Shown here: piece by piece, positions 15,450 through 24,056 of the stretch
How positions within the stretch are numbered: position 1 is the first letter of the stretch
Layout of the letters: every line of letters begins with the position of its first letter
Source: Candidatus Eiseniibacteriota bacterium
GTDB lineage: Bacteria; Eisenbacteria; RBG-16-71-46; SZUA-252
Length of the DNA: 24,761 nucleotides
Direction of reading: 5' to 3'
Assembly (NCBI GenBank): GCA_031370645.1
Contig: JANMQV010000059.1
Span: 1-24,761 of the forward strand
Notes under the pieces: model-generated
What the model was told of the DNA's origin: nothing
The model's input: the letters and a program-made list of their open reading frames with translations, nothing else
The model's database searches: none
Translations under genes and position numbers: made by a program

Positions 15450-16184
15450 CTAGAACTCGGACTCGATGGCCACCCGGCCGACGAGAGGGACGTCCGCGGA
15501 TCCGAGTCCAATCCCCATACCCAGCTTGAAGGTGATTTCGTGCGGGAACGCGAACCAGAGCTGCGGGAACAGCGTGGCGCTCTTCTGTGCCGGGAACTGC
15601 TTGAATTCAGCGCCCACTCGTAGAAACCCCTCCGCGGGGTATCGAGCGCCGATCGCGTAGCGAAACTGAACGGCTGGATCGGGCGCGACTGTGACGGGCA
15701 GATCCAAGTTCAGGGTTGTGTTGAACGCCGTGGAGAGATCTCGGGATACGACAAGTCGCGGGGTGAGCACCTGCTCTCGCTCTCCCTCGGTGGCGCGAGC
15801 GGTCTCGAGCTCGTATTCCAGGGAAGCTGCAAGGTCCAGCGGTCCCTGGCCCTCCTCCGCGAAGCGATAGCGGGTCTCCGCCCTAAATCGTCCGAATCCC
15901 AGGCCCGACGGATCCTGCACCCACTGGGCCGCTCCGTCGATCGTCCAATGCGACGTGGCACCGTATTCGAAAGCCCCCGTGTACCACTGGCGTGGATGCC
16001 GATCGCTGCCCGCGTGAATCTCTCCCCAGAGTTCGATCTCTCGCTCGCCGCGGCCCAGGGTCTGATAGACAAATGTTTCGTCGATGTAATCGTCTCGGTG
16101 GGCGAAGGCGCGGGGTGTGGATCCAAGGGTCGCTGCCATGAGCAGCAGCCAAACTCGGATGGCGACTGTTCGGAGCGTTTGCAC
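15450..16184 (-). CDS. Putative outer-membrane beta-barrel / transporter-like protein
   Basis: Signal peptide ending AFA-H, amphipathic strands, C-terminal Phe (IESEF). The start is estimated (GTG at 16184); the ORF-track extension to 16466 overlaps an unrelated fragment on the other strand. Confidence 0.7.
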   Translation of the reverse strand: MQTLRTVAIRVWLLLMAATLGSTPRAFAHRDDYIDETFVYQTLGRGEREIELWGEIHAGSDRHPRQWYTGAFEYGATSHWTIDGAAQWVQDPSGLGFGRFRAETRYRFAEEGQGPLDLAASLEYELETARATEGEREQVLTPRLVVSRDLSTAFNTTLNLDLPVTVAPDPAVQFRYAIGARYPAEGFLRVGAEFKQFPAQKSATLFPQLWFAFPHEITFKLGMGIGLGSADVPLVGRVAIESEF

Positions 16185-16251
16185 CGCATCATCGTCACAC
16201 GCTCTGAATCGCGACGTAAAGTTTTTCGTCACTCGGGTGGGTGTACGCGGG

Positions 16252-16407
16252 TACCTCCGAGCGATGGCGGATCTGGGACCGGGACCGCATCGATCGGGAG
16301 ACATCGCCGAAAAACTGGGGCGCGCGGTGACTGCGCTCGGCCCCACCAGAAATAAGCTGATAGCCAAGGGAATGATCTGGAGCCCCAACCACGGCGACAC
16401 CGCATAG
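16252..16407 (+). pseudogene. C-terminal wHTH fragment of an AAA-ATPase-type protein
   Basis: YLRAMADLGPGPHRSGDIAEKLGRAVTALGPTRNKLIAKGMIWSPNHGDTA* resembles, from recall, the conserved C-terminus of AAA_16-like ATP-binding proteins. No N-terminus is present. Confidence 0.65.
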
Positions 16408-16997
16408 GCGGGAGTCGGCCAGGCGAGTACCGGCCCTACCAAGATAGAGGGGACCAATGGGCCCATGGACTCACCCGGGCTGCGAGGAAGATTCTGGCAG
16501 TATGGAGACGAGGACGGTGTACCCTTGGCGTACGGGGGAAGGCCAGATCGCTGACGTTCCTACAACGAAAGCTCTGTGGTTTGAAGTACCCGGCGTGACT
16601 CTTGAACTTCTTTCCTTCCGGCCGATGGTTGCCCTCGATCAGCCGCCACGCGCGGCGACGAGAAACGGTGCTAACGGACGTACCCACAGGGGCCTATCGA
16701 GGGCCACGAAACTTCCTCCGACGCATGGCACCGTTCCTGCCTTGCTCTCGAGTGGGTAACGGAATTCGTCGGAGACGGCGGTGCCGGCTTCTTCGCCGTG
16801 TGTGGGCAATGTGACGTACTGCTCCATAGCTCATGCAAGCCACGAGTCGCCGAATCCACCAATCCCGGCGGGCCTCAGGACAACTCTCCGGTCCAGCCAC
16901 TGGCGTGCGGCGCCATTCACCTCGACAAGCCCACTCCACCGTTGCAGGGCAATACGCACGCGACGCACCACTAACGGCACAACAGGAGGATTTCCCG

Positions 16998-18044
16998 ATG
17001 CATCCCCGGACAAACAACTTCGCAGCGTGGCCACTGGTAGTACTGCTGGTCGCGATGGCTGGATGTAGCTCCGACAACCCCACCGGGCCCGGAGTCGACA
17101 CCGTCGCACCGACAGTGAGTTCCACTAACCCCGTCAATGGCGCCACAGGCGTGGCGATCATTACGGCATCGTTCAGTGAGGCGATGAACGCCTCGACGAT
17201 CACGACGACCACCTTCACCGTGAGCGGACCCGGCGCAACTCCCGTGATCGGGACCGTCGCCTACAATGCGTCGACCCACATTTCGAGATTCACGCCCACG
17301 AGTGCCCTCGCGGCCAACACGGCATATACCGCGACGATCACGACCGGGGCCAAGGATCTCGTCGGCAATGCGCTCGCGAGCCCCCATGTGTGGAGCTTCA
17401 CGACGTCGGCGACGTCCAGCAATCAGGCGCCAGTGGTTCTCGGCGGGGCTGGGCCTTTCGCGGTTCTGGCCGGTTCGACGGTCACCAACACGGGTGCAAC
17501 CGCTCTGACGGGAGATCTGGGCGTGAGCCCGGGAAGCGCGGTGACTGGCTTTCCGCCGGGAACGCTGACCGGTACGAAGCACGTTGCCGATCCCACTTCA
17601 GCGCAGGCCAAGCTCGATCTGACCACGGCGTATAACGACGCGGCTGGACGAACGCTGGCACCCGTCACCGTCGCCGGGAATCTCGGCGGCTTGACTCTGC
17701 CACCCGGCCTCTACAAATCCACGTCCTCGCTCATGGTCTCCTCAGGCGATCTGACGCTCGACGCCCAGGGCAACCCGAATGCTGTCTTCATTTTTCAAAT
17801 GGCATCAACACTTACCACGACATCTGGCCGAGCAGTGATCCTGAGCGGTGGCGCCAAGGCTTCAAACGTCTTCTGGCAGGTGGGCAGCTCGGCGACGCTT
17901 GGAACGACGTCCGCATTCAAGGGCACCATCATGGCAGATCAGGCTATCACTTTGAAAACCGGGGCGAGGCTGGATGGCAGGGCACTGACACGGATCGGCG
18001 GGGTTGCGCTGGCCGGCAATACCGTCGTAGTGCCCGCCCCGTAG
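16998..18044 (+). CDS. Lipoprotein with an SbsA-type Ig-like domain and an ice-binding-like DUF3494 domain
   Basis: AGGAGG RBS, lipobox MAGC, DTVAPTVSSTNP...FSEAMN...KDLVGNAL (Big_5), FAVLAGSTVTNTG, GDLGVSPG, LPPGLY, VFIFQ, NVFWQVGSSATLGT. Confidence 0.92.
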   Translation: MHPRTNNFAAWPLVVLLVAMAGCSSDNPTGPGVDTVAPTVSSTNPVNGATGVAIITASFSEAMNASTITTTTFTVSGPGATPVIGTVAYNASTHISRFTPTSALAANTAYTATITTGAKDLVGNALASPHVWSFTTSATSSNQAPVVLGGAGPFAVLAGSTVTNTGATALTGDLGVSPGSAVTGFPPGTLTGTKHVADPTSAQAKLDLTTAYNDAAGRTLAPVTVAGNLGGLTLPPGLYKSTSSLMVSSGDLTLDAQGNPNAVFIFQMASTLTTTSGRAVILSGGAKASNVFWQVGSSATLGTTSAFKGTIMADQAITLKTGARLDGRALTRIGGVALAGNTVVVPAP

Positions 18045-18056
18045 AGTTTCGAAGAC

Positions 18057-18081
18057 CGGCGGCGAAGGAGTTTCGCCGCCG
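18057..18081 (+). terminator. Hairpin downstream of the DUF3494 gene
   Basis: CGGCGGCGAA-GGAGT-TTCGCCGCCG, with no U tract. A second 12-bp inverted repeat follows at 18093-18104/18132-18143. Confidence 0.45.
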
Positions 18082-18180
18082 CGGGATCACGTCGCGCACC
18101 TCCAACCGGTGGAAGTCGAATCACGCCGGCATGGAGGTGCGCGCTCAGGAGTGTTCGTCACTCATCCCTCAGGTGTCTAG

Positions 18181-18290
18181 CGAATCGGGGGTACCCTCGG
18201 GGAGCCAGATCACGAATCGCGAACTTTCGCGTTCGCGTAGAGACGCGGGACCCTGGCGGCGAAAGCTGCTGGGGTCTTGGCGTTAAGGGG
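18181..18290 (+). repeat. Structured repeat C, copy 3
   Basis: CTCGGGGAGCCA (18196-18207), hairpins at 18218-18237 and 18243-18283. Confidence 0.85.
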
Positions 18291-18314
18291 CGTGGTTTGG
18301 GGCCTCGCGACGCC

Positions 18315-18802
18315 CGTAGTATCCGAAAAATCGAGTCCGCTGTAGTGCTGCGCGTTACCCCCGTCGGATACGCTCCCCGGATGATCGAACTACAGCTACT
18401 TCTGGGAACCTTTGCTGCCTGGTCCAACCGTCGCCGGGGAGCCGTGATCACGTATTTCGTTGAGGAGAACCGCGTCCTCAAGGAACAGCTCCAGTCGGGA
18501 GGGAGGCGCCTCCGCTTCTCCGATGACCAGCGGCGGCGCCTCGCCGCAAAGGGCAGGCCATTGGGCCTCAAAGCGTTGAGGCAGATCGCGACGGTCGTGA
18601 CGCCGGAGGCAATCTTGGCGTGGCACCGACGGCTCATCGCGGCCAAGTGGACATATCCGCGGCGCCGAACGAGCCGCCCCGGAGCCATCAGGGGCTCGGG
18701 AACGAGATCGTAAGCGGGGCTCCAGTACAGCGAGAGGGCGTGATCGAGGCGAGCGAGCGGCTCGGGGGCTTGCTGAAGTATTATCACCGGCGCGCGGCGT
18801 GA
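18315..18802 (+). mobile_element. Family B element relic: left end plus transposase lacking its catalytic core
   Basis: CGTAGTATCCGAAAAATCGA; ATG at 18381 gives MIELQLLL...EENRVLKEQL...RLRFSDDQRRRLAAKG...VTPEAILAWHRRLIAAKW...RPG, joined out of frame near 18682 to SHQGLGNE...ERLGGLLKYYHRRAA*. Confidence 0.88.
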
Positions 18803-18956
18803 GCGCGGAAAAAATACGAAAGACGAATGTCGCTTCCGCCTCCGATCCCTTCGGGAGTAGCCTCTAGTTCTCCCCGAGGCGAATCAAGGCCAACTCCGGA
18901 GGAATCGCCCCGGGTCCCGTCAGACAGCCCGCGCGTGAATGCAGATGTGGACACCC

Positions 18957-21737
18957 ATGAAATCCCTTCTCGGTTGGAACCTGCCATCACGCCTGTTTGG
19001 CGCCGTCGCGCGACGGCTCAACCTCGAGGAGCACGAACAGCGGCTGCTTCTCCTGATGGGAGCGCTGGTGGCGATCCTCTTCGGCGCCTACACCATCGCG
19101 AAAGTGCTCCGCGACGCGTTGTTTCTGGCCGAATTCGGGGCGCTCGCCCTGCCGTACGGATACATCGGGGTCGCGCTGGCAGCGGCCGGATTCGTCTGGC
19201 TTGAGAGCCGGGCGGCTCTCCGGTTCAAACGGGTCGGCGCCACCCGGTTCAATCAGTACGCGGCGATCGGATTCAGCCTCCTCGCGGCCGCGCTATTTCC
19301 GTTCGCACGTCACTGGACCACCGCCCTGTTCTTCGTCTGGACGGGCAGCCAGGCGATGATGCTGTTGCCGCACTTCTGGGCCCTGGCGCTCGACGTCTGG
19401 GACTCGCGCCGGGCGCGCAGCGTGTTCCCACTTCTCGGTGGCTGTGGCCTCGTCGGTGGTCTGATCGGCGGCGCCTTCGCCGCGTGGGCGACCCCCATCG
19501 TGAAACGGGACGGATTGATGTGGTCGATCTCGGGTCTCCTCATCGCGGCACATCTGCTGACGCGAGTGATCGAGAGACACCGCGCGCGCCGTCCCGCGCG
19601 GATCGAGGCCTCGCACACTGTCTCAGGCTGGGAAATCATTCGTCGGTCGGCGTACATCAAGGTTCTCGCCGCGGGACTCGCGTTGTCCGTGATCGTATCG
19701 ACGCTCGTCGATTTCCAATTCAAGCTATTCATCCAGAGGCTGTATCCCGACCCGCATGCGCTGACGCAATTCTTCGGCAAGTTCTACGTCGGGCTCAACG
19801 CCTTGGCGCTGGTGTTTCAGTTCAGCGCGGGAGGCTGGCTGATGTACCGGTTGGGGCTCGGGCCCACAACCGGCTTGCAGCCGATCACGGCGACGCTCTT
19901 TGTGTCGGGGCTGGCCCTCGGCGTGGGATGGTGGCCCGTCGTCGCGATGCGATGGCTCCAGGGCGTCGTGTTCCAGACGCTCGGCAAGTCCTCAGCCGAG
20001 ATCTATTTCATGGCTGTTCGTCCGCACGAGCGCCGCCGCATCAAGCCCGCCGTCGACACGCTCGTCGACCGCTGGTCGGACGCCGCGGTCGGCATCCTGT
20101 TGATCGTTCTGCTCCATGTCATGGGTGTCGGAACCACGGTCATCGCCACACTGACAGGCGCGTTCGTGGCGATCTGGATCGTCGTGCTCGTCTTCCTAAA
20201 CCGAGAGTATGGTCGATCCCTCGAGCAGACGCTGAGCAGCCATTGGCTCGAGCCCGATGTGGCGGTGGAGTCGATGCGGATTCCATCCGCGCGAAAGGCG
20301 CTCCGGCAAGGGCTGCACGCGGACGACGAGCACCGGATCGTGCTGGCCCTCAAGCTGAGCGAGCACTCCAGGGACCGAGGGATTGCTCTCGCCGTGCGCG
20401 GCTGCCTCCACCATCCGTCCCCGAGCGTGCGCGAGGCGGCGGTGGAGGCGATGGATGCGATGCGTCTGCGGGACGAGGAAGGCGTGGTCCGGAGCTTCCT
20501 CGGCAATCCGCATGAAGGTCTTCGCCGCGCGGCGGTTCGTTATCTCCTGGCCCTGGCGCCGCAGCCGGCCGTTCTCGCGCGCGGTTGGCTGGACGGCGCC
20601 GACCTGGCGCTCCGGCAGGACACCGTCGACGCGCTCTTCGACCGCCCCTCCGAGGGACGCGCCGCGCTAACTCTGGAGTGGATCGATGCCCGCCTCGAGT
20701 CCGGCAGGAGCGAGGATCTTCTCGTCGCGGCGCGCGCCCTGGGCGCGATGACCGGGAGCGCCCCCGTACGGCGATTGCGCGCCCTGCTGTCGAACCCCGA
20801 CCTCGAAGTCAGACGAGTGGCCCTGCTCTCCGCGGCGCGCCGACCTAGCCCGGAGCTTCTCGAAGCACTGCTGCCCCTCCTCCTCGTCCCGGAGCTGAAC
20901 GTTGAAGCGCGCGGGGCCGTGACCGCGATCGGCGCCCGGGCGGTGCCGGATCTCAAGTCACGCCTCGACGGCGAGCGCGGGGCCCGGGCCCAGGTGATCG
21001 CCGCTCGAATCCTGGCGTCCATCGCGAGCCCGAGCGCCGTGGGAGCCCTGATGACGCTGGTGAAGAGCCGCGAGCCGAGGCTGCGTAACCTTGGGTTTCA
21101 GAGCCTGGCCCGGGTGCGGGTGGTGACCGACAAGCCGGTCCTGCCGCGCTCGGCAGCGCACAAACTCTTCCTGCGCGAGCTGGGGGCGTACCGCGGATTC
21201 CTCGAGCCGGCTCTCTCGCTCGAGGGCGGGGCCGCTCCGGAGCTCCGCTTGCTCGCTGAATCCTTCCGCGAGTCCGCGGAGACGGCGATCGAGCTCGCCA
21301 TCGGGGCGCTCGCCTGCTGGTACGAGCCCAAGCCGCTTTTCGGCGCGCTACAACGGCTCAAGTCGCGCGAACCGGGTGCCTCGGCGCCGGCGCTGGAGTA
21401 CCTGAGTCACGTCCTGCCCCGCTCGATCTTCCGGCATGTGAGCCGCGTCTTCGAAGATCAGCCGGCGAAAGTCCGAGAGACCGCCGCCGACGGGCAGGGC
21501 AAGCCGCTCACCGAGTCCATACAGGCGGCCTGGCGGTCGGACGACGGGTGGCTGCGTGCCTGCGCGGTGCGCGCTTCGCGCCACGCACCGGCCTTCGATC
21601 TTCACCTGTTCGCGACCGGAGGGGGGCACGACCCGCTCGTGGGCGCGGAACTCGAAGCCCTTTCCACGAGCGGGGATCCTCGCCTCGGGCTGCCACCGGG
21701 AGCCGCGCCGGCCTCGTCGAAGGGAGCGTCCTGCTGA
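18957..21737 (+). CDS. MFS / Npt1-Npt2 (TLC ATP/ADP translocase-like) transporter fused to HEAT repeats
   Basis: About 12 hydrophobic helices with K.LRDALFL, FW.LA.D...R.AR..FP, STLVDFQF and R.KP.VD..V.R..D motifs, followed by helical repeats (HPSPSVREAAVEAM; NPDLEVRRVAL). Confidence 0.85.
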   Translation: MKSLLGWNLPSRLFGAVARRLNLEEHEQRLLLLMGALVAILFGAYTIAKVLRDALFLAEFGALALPYGYIGVALAAAGFVWLESRAALRFKRVGATRFNQYAAIGFSLLAAALFPFARHWTTALFFVWTGSQAMMLLPHFWALALDVWDSRRARSVFPLLGGCGLVGGLIGGAFAAWATPIVKRDGLMWSISGLLIAAHLLTRVIERHRARRPARIEASHTVSGWEIIRRSAYIKVLAAGLALSVIVSTLVDFQFKLFIQRLYPDPHALTQFFGKFYVGLNALALVFQFSAGGWLMYRLGLGPTTGLQPITATLFVSGLALGVGWWPVVAMRWLQGVVFQTLGKSSAEIYFMAVRPHERRRIKPAVDTLVDRWSDAAVGILLIVLLHVMGVGTTVIATLTGAFVAIWIVVLVFLNREYGRSLEQTLSSHWLEPDVAVESMRIPSARKALRQGLHADDEHRIVLALKLSEHSRDRGIALAVRGCLHHPSPSVREAAVEAMDAMRLRDEEGVVRSFLGNPHEGLRRAAVRYLLALAPQPAVLARGWLDGADLALRQDTVDALFDRPSEGRAALTLEWIDARLESGRSEDLLVAARALGAMTGSAPVRRLRALLSNPDLEVRRVALLSAARRPSPELLEALLPLLLVPELNVEARGAVTAIGARAVPDLKSRLDGERGARAQVIAARILASIASPSAVGALMTLVKSREPRLRNLGFQSLARVRVVTDKPVLPRSAAHKLFLRELGAYRGFLEPALSLEGGAAPELRLLAESFRESAETAIELAIGALACWYEPKPLFGALQRLKSREPGASAPALEYLSHVLPRSIFRHVSRVFEDQPAKVRETAADGQGKPLTESIQAAWRSDDGWLRACAVRASRHAPAFDLHLFATGGGHDPLVGAELEALSTSGDPRLGLPPGAAPASSKGASC

Positions 21738-21765
21738 CGCCCTGGGTATGCTCGCGACGTTAGCT

Positions 21766-21771
21766 TATAAT
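21766..21771 (+). promoter_or_regulatory. Possible -10 element for the histidine kinase operon
   Basis: Perfect TATAAT about 60 bp upstream of the start in GC-rich context; the -35 is poor. Confidence 0.4.
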
Positions 21772-21830
21772 GCTTACAGCAGCGAGGTTACTCACTTCCT
21801 CCGTGGCGCACGGCATTGATAGGGATGGTT

Positions 21831-24056
21831 ATGATCGAACGAACACCGTCGGTCGAAGATATTCAGAACTACGCCCAGAACATCGTGGATACGGTGCGCG
21901 AGCCCTTGCTGATCCTCGACGCCACCCTGCGCGTCCGGTCCGCCAACCGCGCCTTCTACCAGACGTTCCACGTCTCATCCGAGGAGACCGAGGGTCGCCT
22001 CATCTACGAGCTGGGCAACGGCCAGTGGGACATCCCGGATCTTCGTACTCTGCTTGAGGACATCGTTCCCAAGAGCTCCGTCTTCGACGACTTCGAGCTG
22101 GTGCACACCTTCCCGGCCATCGGCCGCAGGGTGATGCTGCTCAACGCCCGCAAGCTCCAGGCGGGCCAGCATGGCGAGCTCTTGGTCCTTGCGATGGAAG
22201 ACGTGACCGAGCGGCGGCGCGTCGAGGCGGATCTGAAGGCCATCGAAACCTACGCCCAGAACATCGTGGATACAGTGCGCGAGCCCTTGCTGATCCTTGA
22301 CGCCACCCTGCGCGTCCGGTCCGCCAACCGCGCCTTCTACCAGACGTTCCACGTCTCATCCGAGGAGACCGAGGGTCGCCTCATCTACGAGCTGGGCAAC
22401 GGCCAGTGGGACATCCCGGATCTTCGTACCCTGCTCGAGGACATCGTTCCCAAGAGCTCCGTCTTCGACGACTTCGAGCTCGTGCACACCTTCCCGGCCA
22501 TCGGCCGCAGGGTGATGCTGCTCAACGCCCGCAAGCTCCAGGCGGGCCAGCATGGCGAGCTCTTGGTCCTTGCGATGGAAGATGTGACCGAGCGGCGGCG
22601 CGTCGAGGAAGAGGTGGAAAAGGCGAAGAATGCCGCCGAAGCTGCCAACAGCGCCAAGAGTGCCTTCCTGGCGAACATGTCGCACGAAATCCGCACCCCC
22701 ATGAATGCCATCCTCGGGTTCTCACAGCTCATGCTGCGCGACCAGAACATCACCTCCCAGCAAAACCAGTACCTGGGAACGATCAACCGCAGCGGCGAGC
22801 ACCTGCTCGCCCTGATCAACGATATTCTGGAGATGTCCAAGATCGAGGCCGGCCGCACGACCCTGAACCCCACGACCTTCGACCTGCGCGCCCTGGTCAA
22901 GGATCTGGAAATGATGTTCCGCGTCCGCACGGATGAGAAGAAGTTATCGTTCTCGGCGGAGATGATCGGCGATGTCCCCCAATACATCATGGCCGATATC
23001 AACAAGCTGCGGCAGGTCTTCATTAACCTGCTGGGCAACGCCGTCAAATTCACCGAGCAGGGCGGCATCATCTTGCGCGTGCGCGCGGCCCGCGAGGCCT
23101 CGACGGGACCTCTTCTCCGAGTCGAGATCGAGGACACGGGCTCGGGCATTTCGCCGGACGAGCTAGGCAAGCTATTCCAGTACTTCGAGCAAACCAAGGC
23201 CGGGCAGAAGAAGGGGACCGGTACCGGGCTGGGTCTGGCGATCAGCCGGGAGTTTGTTCGCCTGATGGGGGGCGATATCACGGTGAGCAGCCAGGTCGGC
23301 AGGGGCAGCGTCTTTTCGATTCACCTGCCCCTAAGAGTGGGTGAGGCACAAGGGGTTCAACAAAAGGACAAGACGCGGCATGTCCTAGGGCTCCAGAGCG
23401 GACAGGCGAAGAGCCGGGTGCTGATCGTGGACGATCAGGAGGATAATCGCCAATTGCTGGCGCAGATTCTCGGTCCGGTCGGTTTCGAGATCCGGTTGGC
23501 GAACGACGGAGAGCAGGCCGTCAAGAAGTTTGAGGAATGGCAGCCCCATCTGATCCTGATGGATTTCCGCATGCCGGTAATGGATGGCCATGACGCGATC
23601 CACCAGATCCGGGCCGCCGCCGGCGGCAAGGCACTCAAGATCATCGCTGTCAGTGCCAGCGCGCTGAACGAAAACCGCCAAGCGCTGCTCGGGGTCGGCG
23701 CCGACGATTTTATCGCCAAGCCCATCCAGGAAGCGGAGCTGTTCCAGAAAATTCACGAACACCTAGGGGTTGAGTACGTGTACGCGGAGGGGCTCCCTGC
23801 CGTAACCGCGGCCCCGGAGGAAGGGACAGAGCTCACACCCGCGTCCCTGGCGGGCTTGCCGCAAGATCTCATCCACAAGATGCGTGAAGCCGTCATGACG
23901 GCGGATTTGGACCAGGTGCTGACAAAGATCAAGGAGGTTGAAGCCCGCGATCCCCGCATCGCTCAGGGGCTGCGCCGCCTGGCCGAAGGCTTCCAATACC
24001 AAAAGCTCCTCGATTTGTTGAGGATGGGGGCCTCCATTGAATCTGGAGAAGAGTAG
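21831..24056 (+). CDS. Hybrid sensor histidine kinase: PAS-PAS-HisKA-HATPase-REC
   Basis: H box FLANMSHEIRTPMN, N box NLLGNAVKF, G1 DTGSGI, G2 GTGLGL, receiver LIVDD...LILMD..MP...K. The start codon is uncertain (21816/21825/21831). Confidence 0.95.
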   Translation: MIERTPSVEDIQNYAQNIVDTVREPLLILDATLRVRSANRAFYQTFHVSSEETEGRLIYELGNGQWDIPDLRTLLEDIVPKSSVFDDFELVHTFPAIGRRVMLLNARKLQAGQHGELLVLAMEDVTERRRVEADLKAIETYAQNIVDTVREPLLILDATLRVRSANRAFYQTFHVSSEETEGRLIYELGNGQWDIPDLRTLLEDIVPKSSVFDDFELVHTFPAIGRRVMLLNARKLQAGQHGELLVLAMEDVTERRRVEEEVEKAKNAAEAANSAKSAFLANMSHEIRTPMNAILGFSQLMLRDQNITSQQNQYLGTINRSGEHLLALINDILEMSKIEAGRTTLNPTTFDLRALVKDLEMMFRVRTDEKKLSFSAEMIGDVPQYIMADINKLRQVFINLLGNAVKFTEQGGIILRVRAAREASTGPLLRVEIEDTGSGISPDELGKLFQYFEQTKAGQKKGTGTGLGLAISREFVRLMGGDITVSSQVGRGSVFSIHLPLRVGEAQGVQQKDKTRHVLGLQSGQAKSRVLIVDDQEDNRQLLAQILGPVGFEIRLANDGEQAVKKFEEWQPHLILMDFRMPVMDGHDAIHQIRAAAGGKALKIIAVSASALNENRQALLGVGADDFIAKPIQEAELFQKIHEHLGVEYVYAEGLPAVTAAPEEGTELTPASLAGLPQDLIHKMREAVMTADLDQVLTKIKEVEARDPRIAQGLRRLAEGFQYQKLLDLLRMGASIESGEE
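21869..22608 (+). repeat. Tandem intragenic duplication of the PAS domain (381-bp period)
   Basis: 21869-22227 versus 22250-22608: 359 bp with 6 differences by eye, all synonymous. Confidence 0.95.

Noticed and set aside
16219-16782. Weak B-end-like strings at about 16219-16237 and 16763-16782
   Set aside because: There are too many mismatches or indels to separate them from chance without a profile search.
18026-18036. CGTAGTGCCCG matching a family B end
   Set aside because: It is an 11-bp match inside the normal C-terminal codons (VVPA) of the DUF3494 gene and lacks the rest of the motif.
1-18802. Classical integron (intI/attC)
   Set aside because: No tyrosine recombinase is present, and I found no recurring RYYYAAC...GTTRRRY boxes at gene ends; the junction repeats trace to DDE-element termini.
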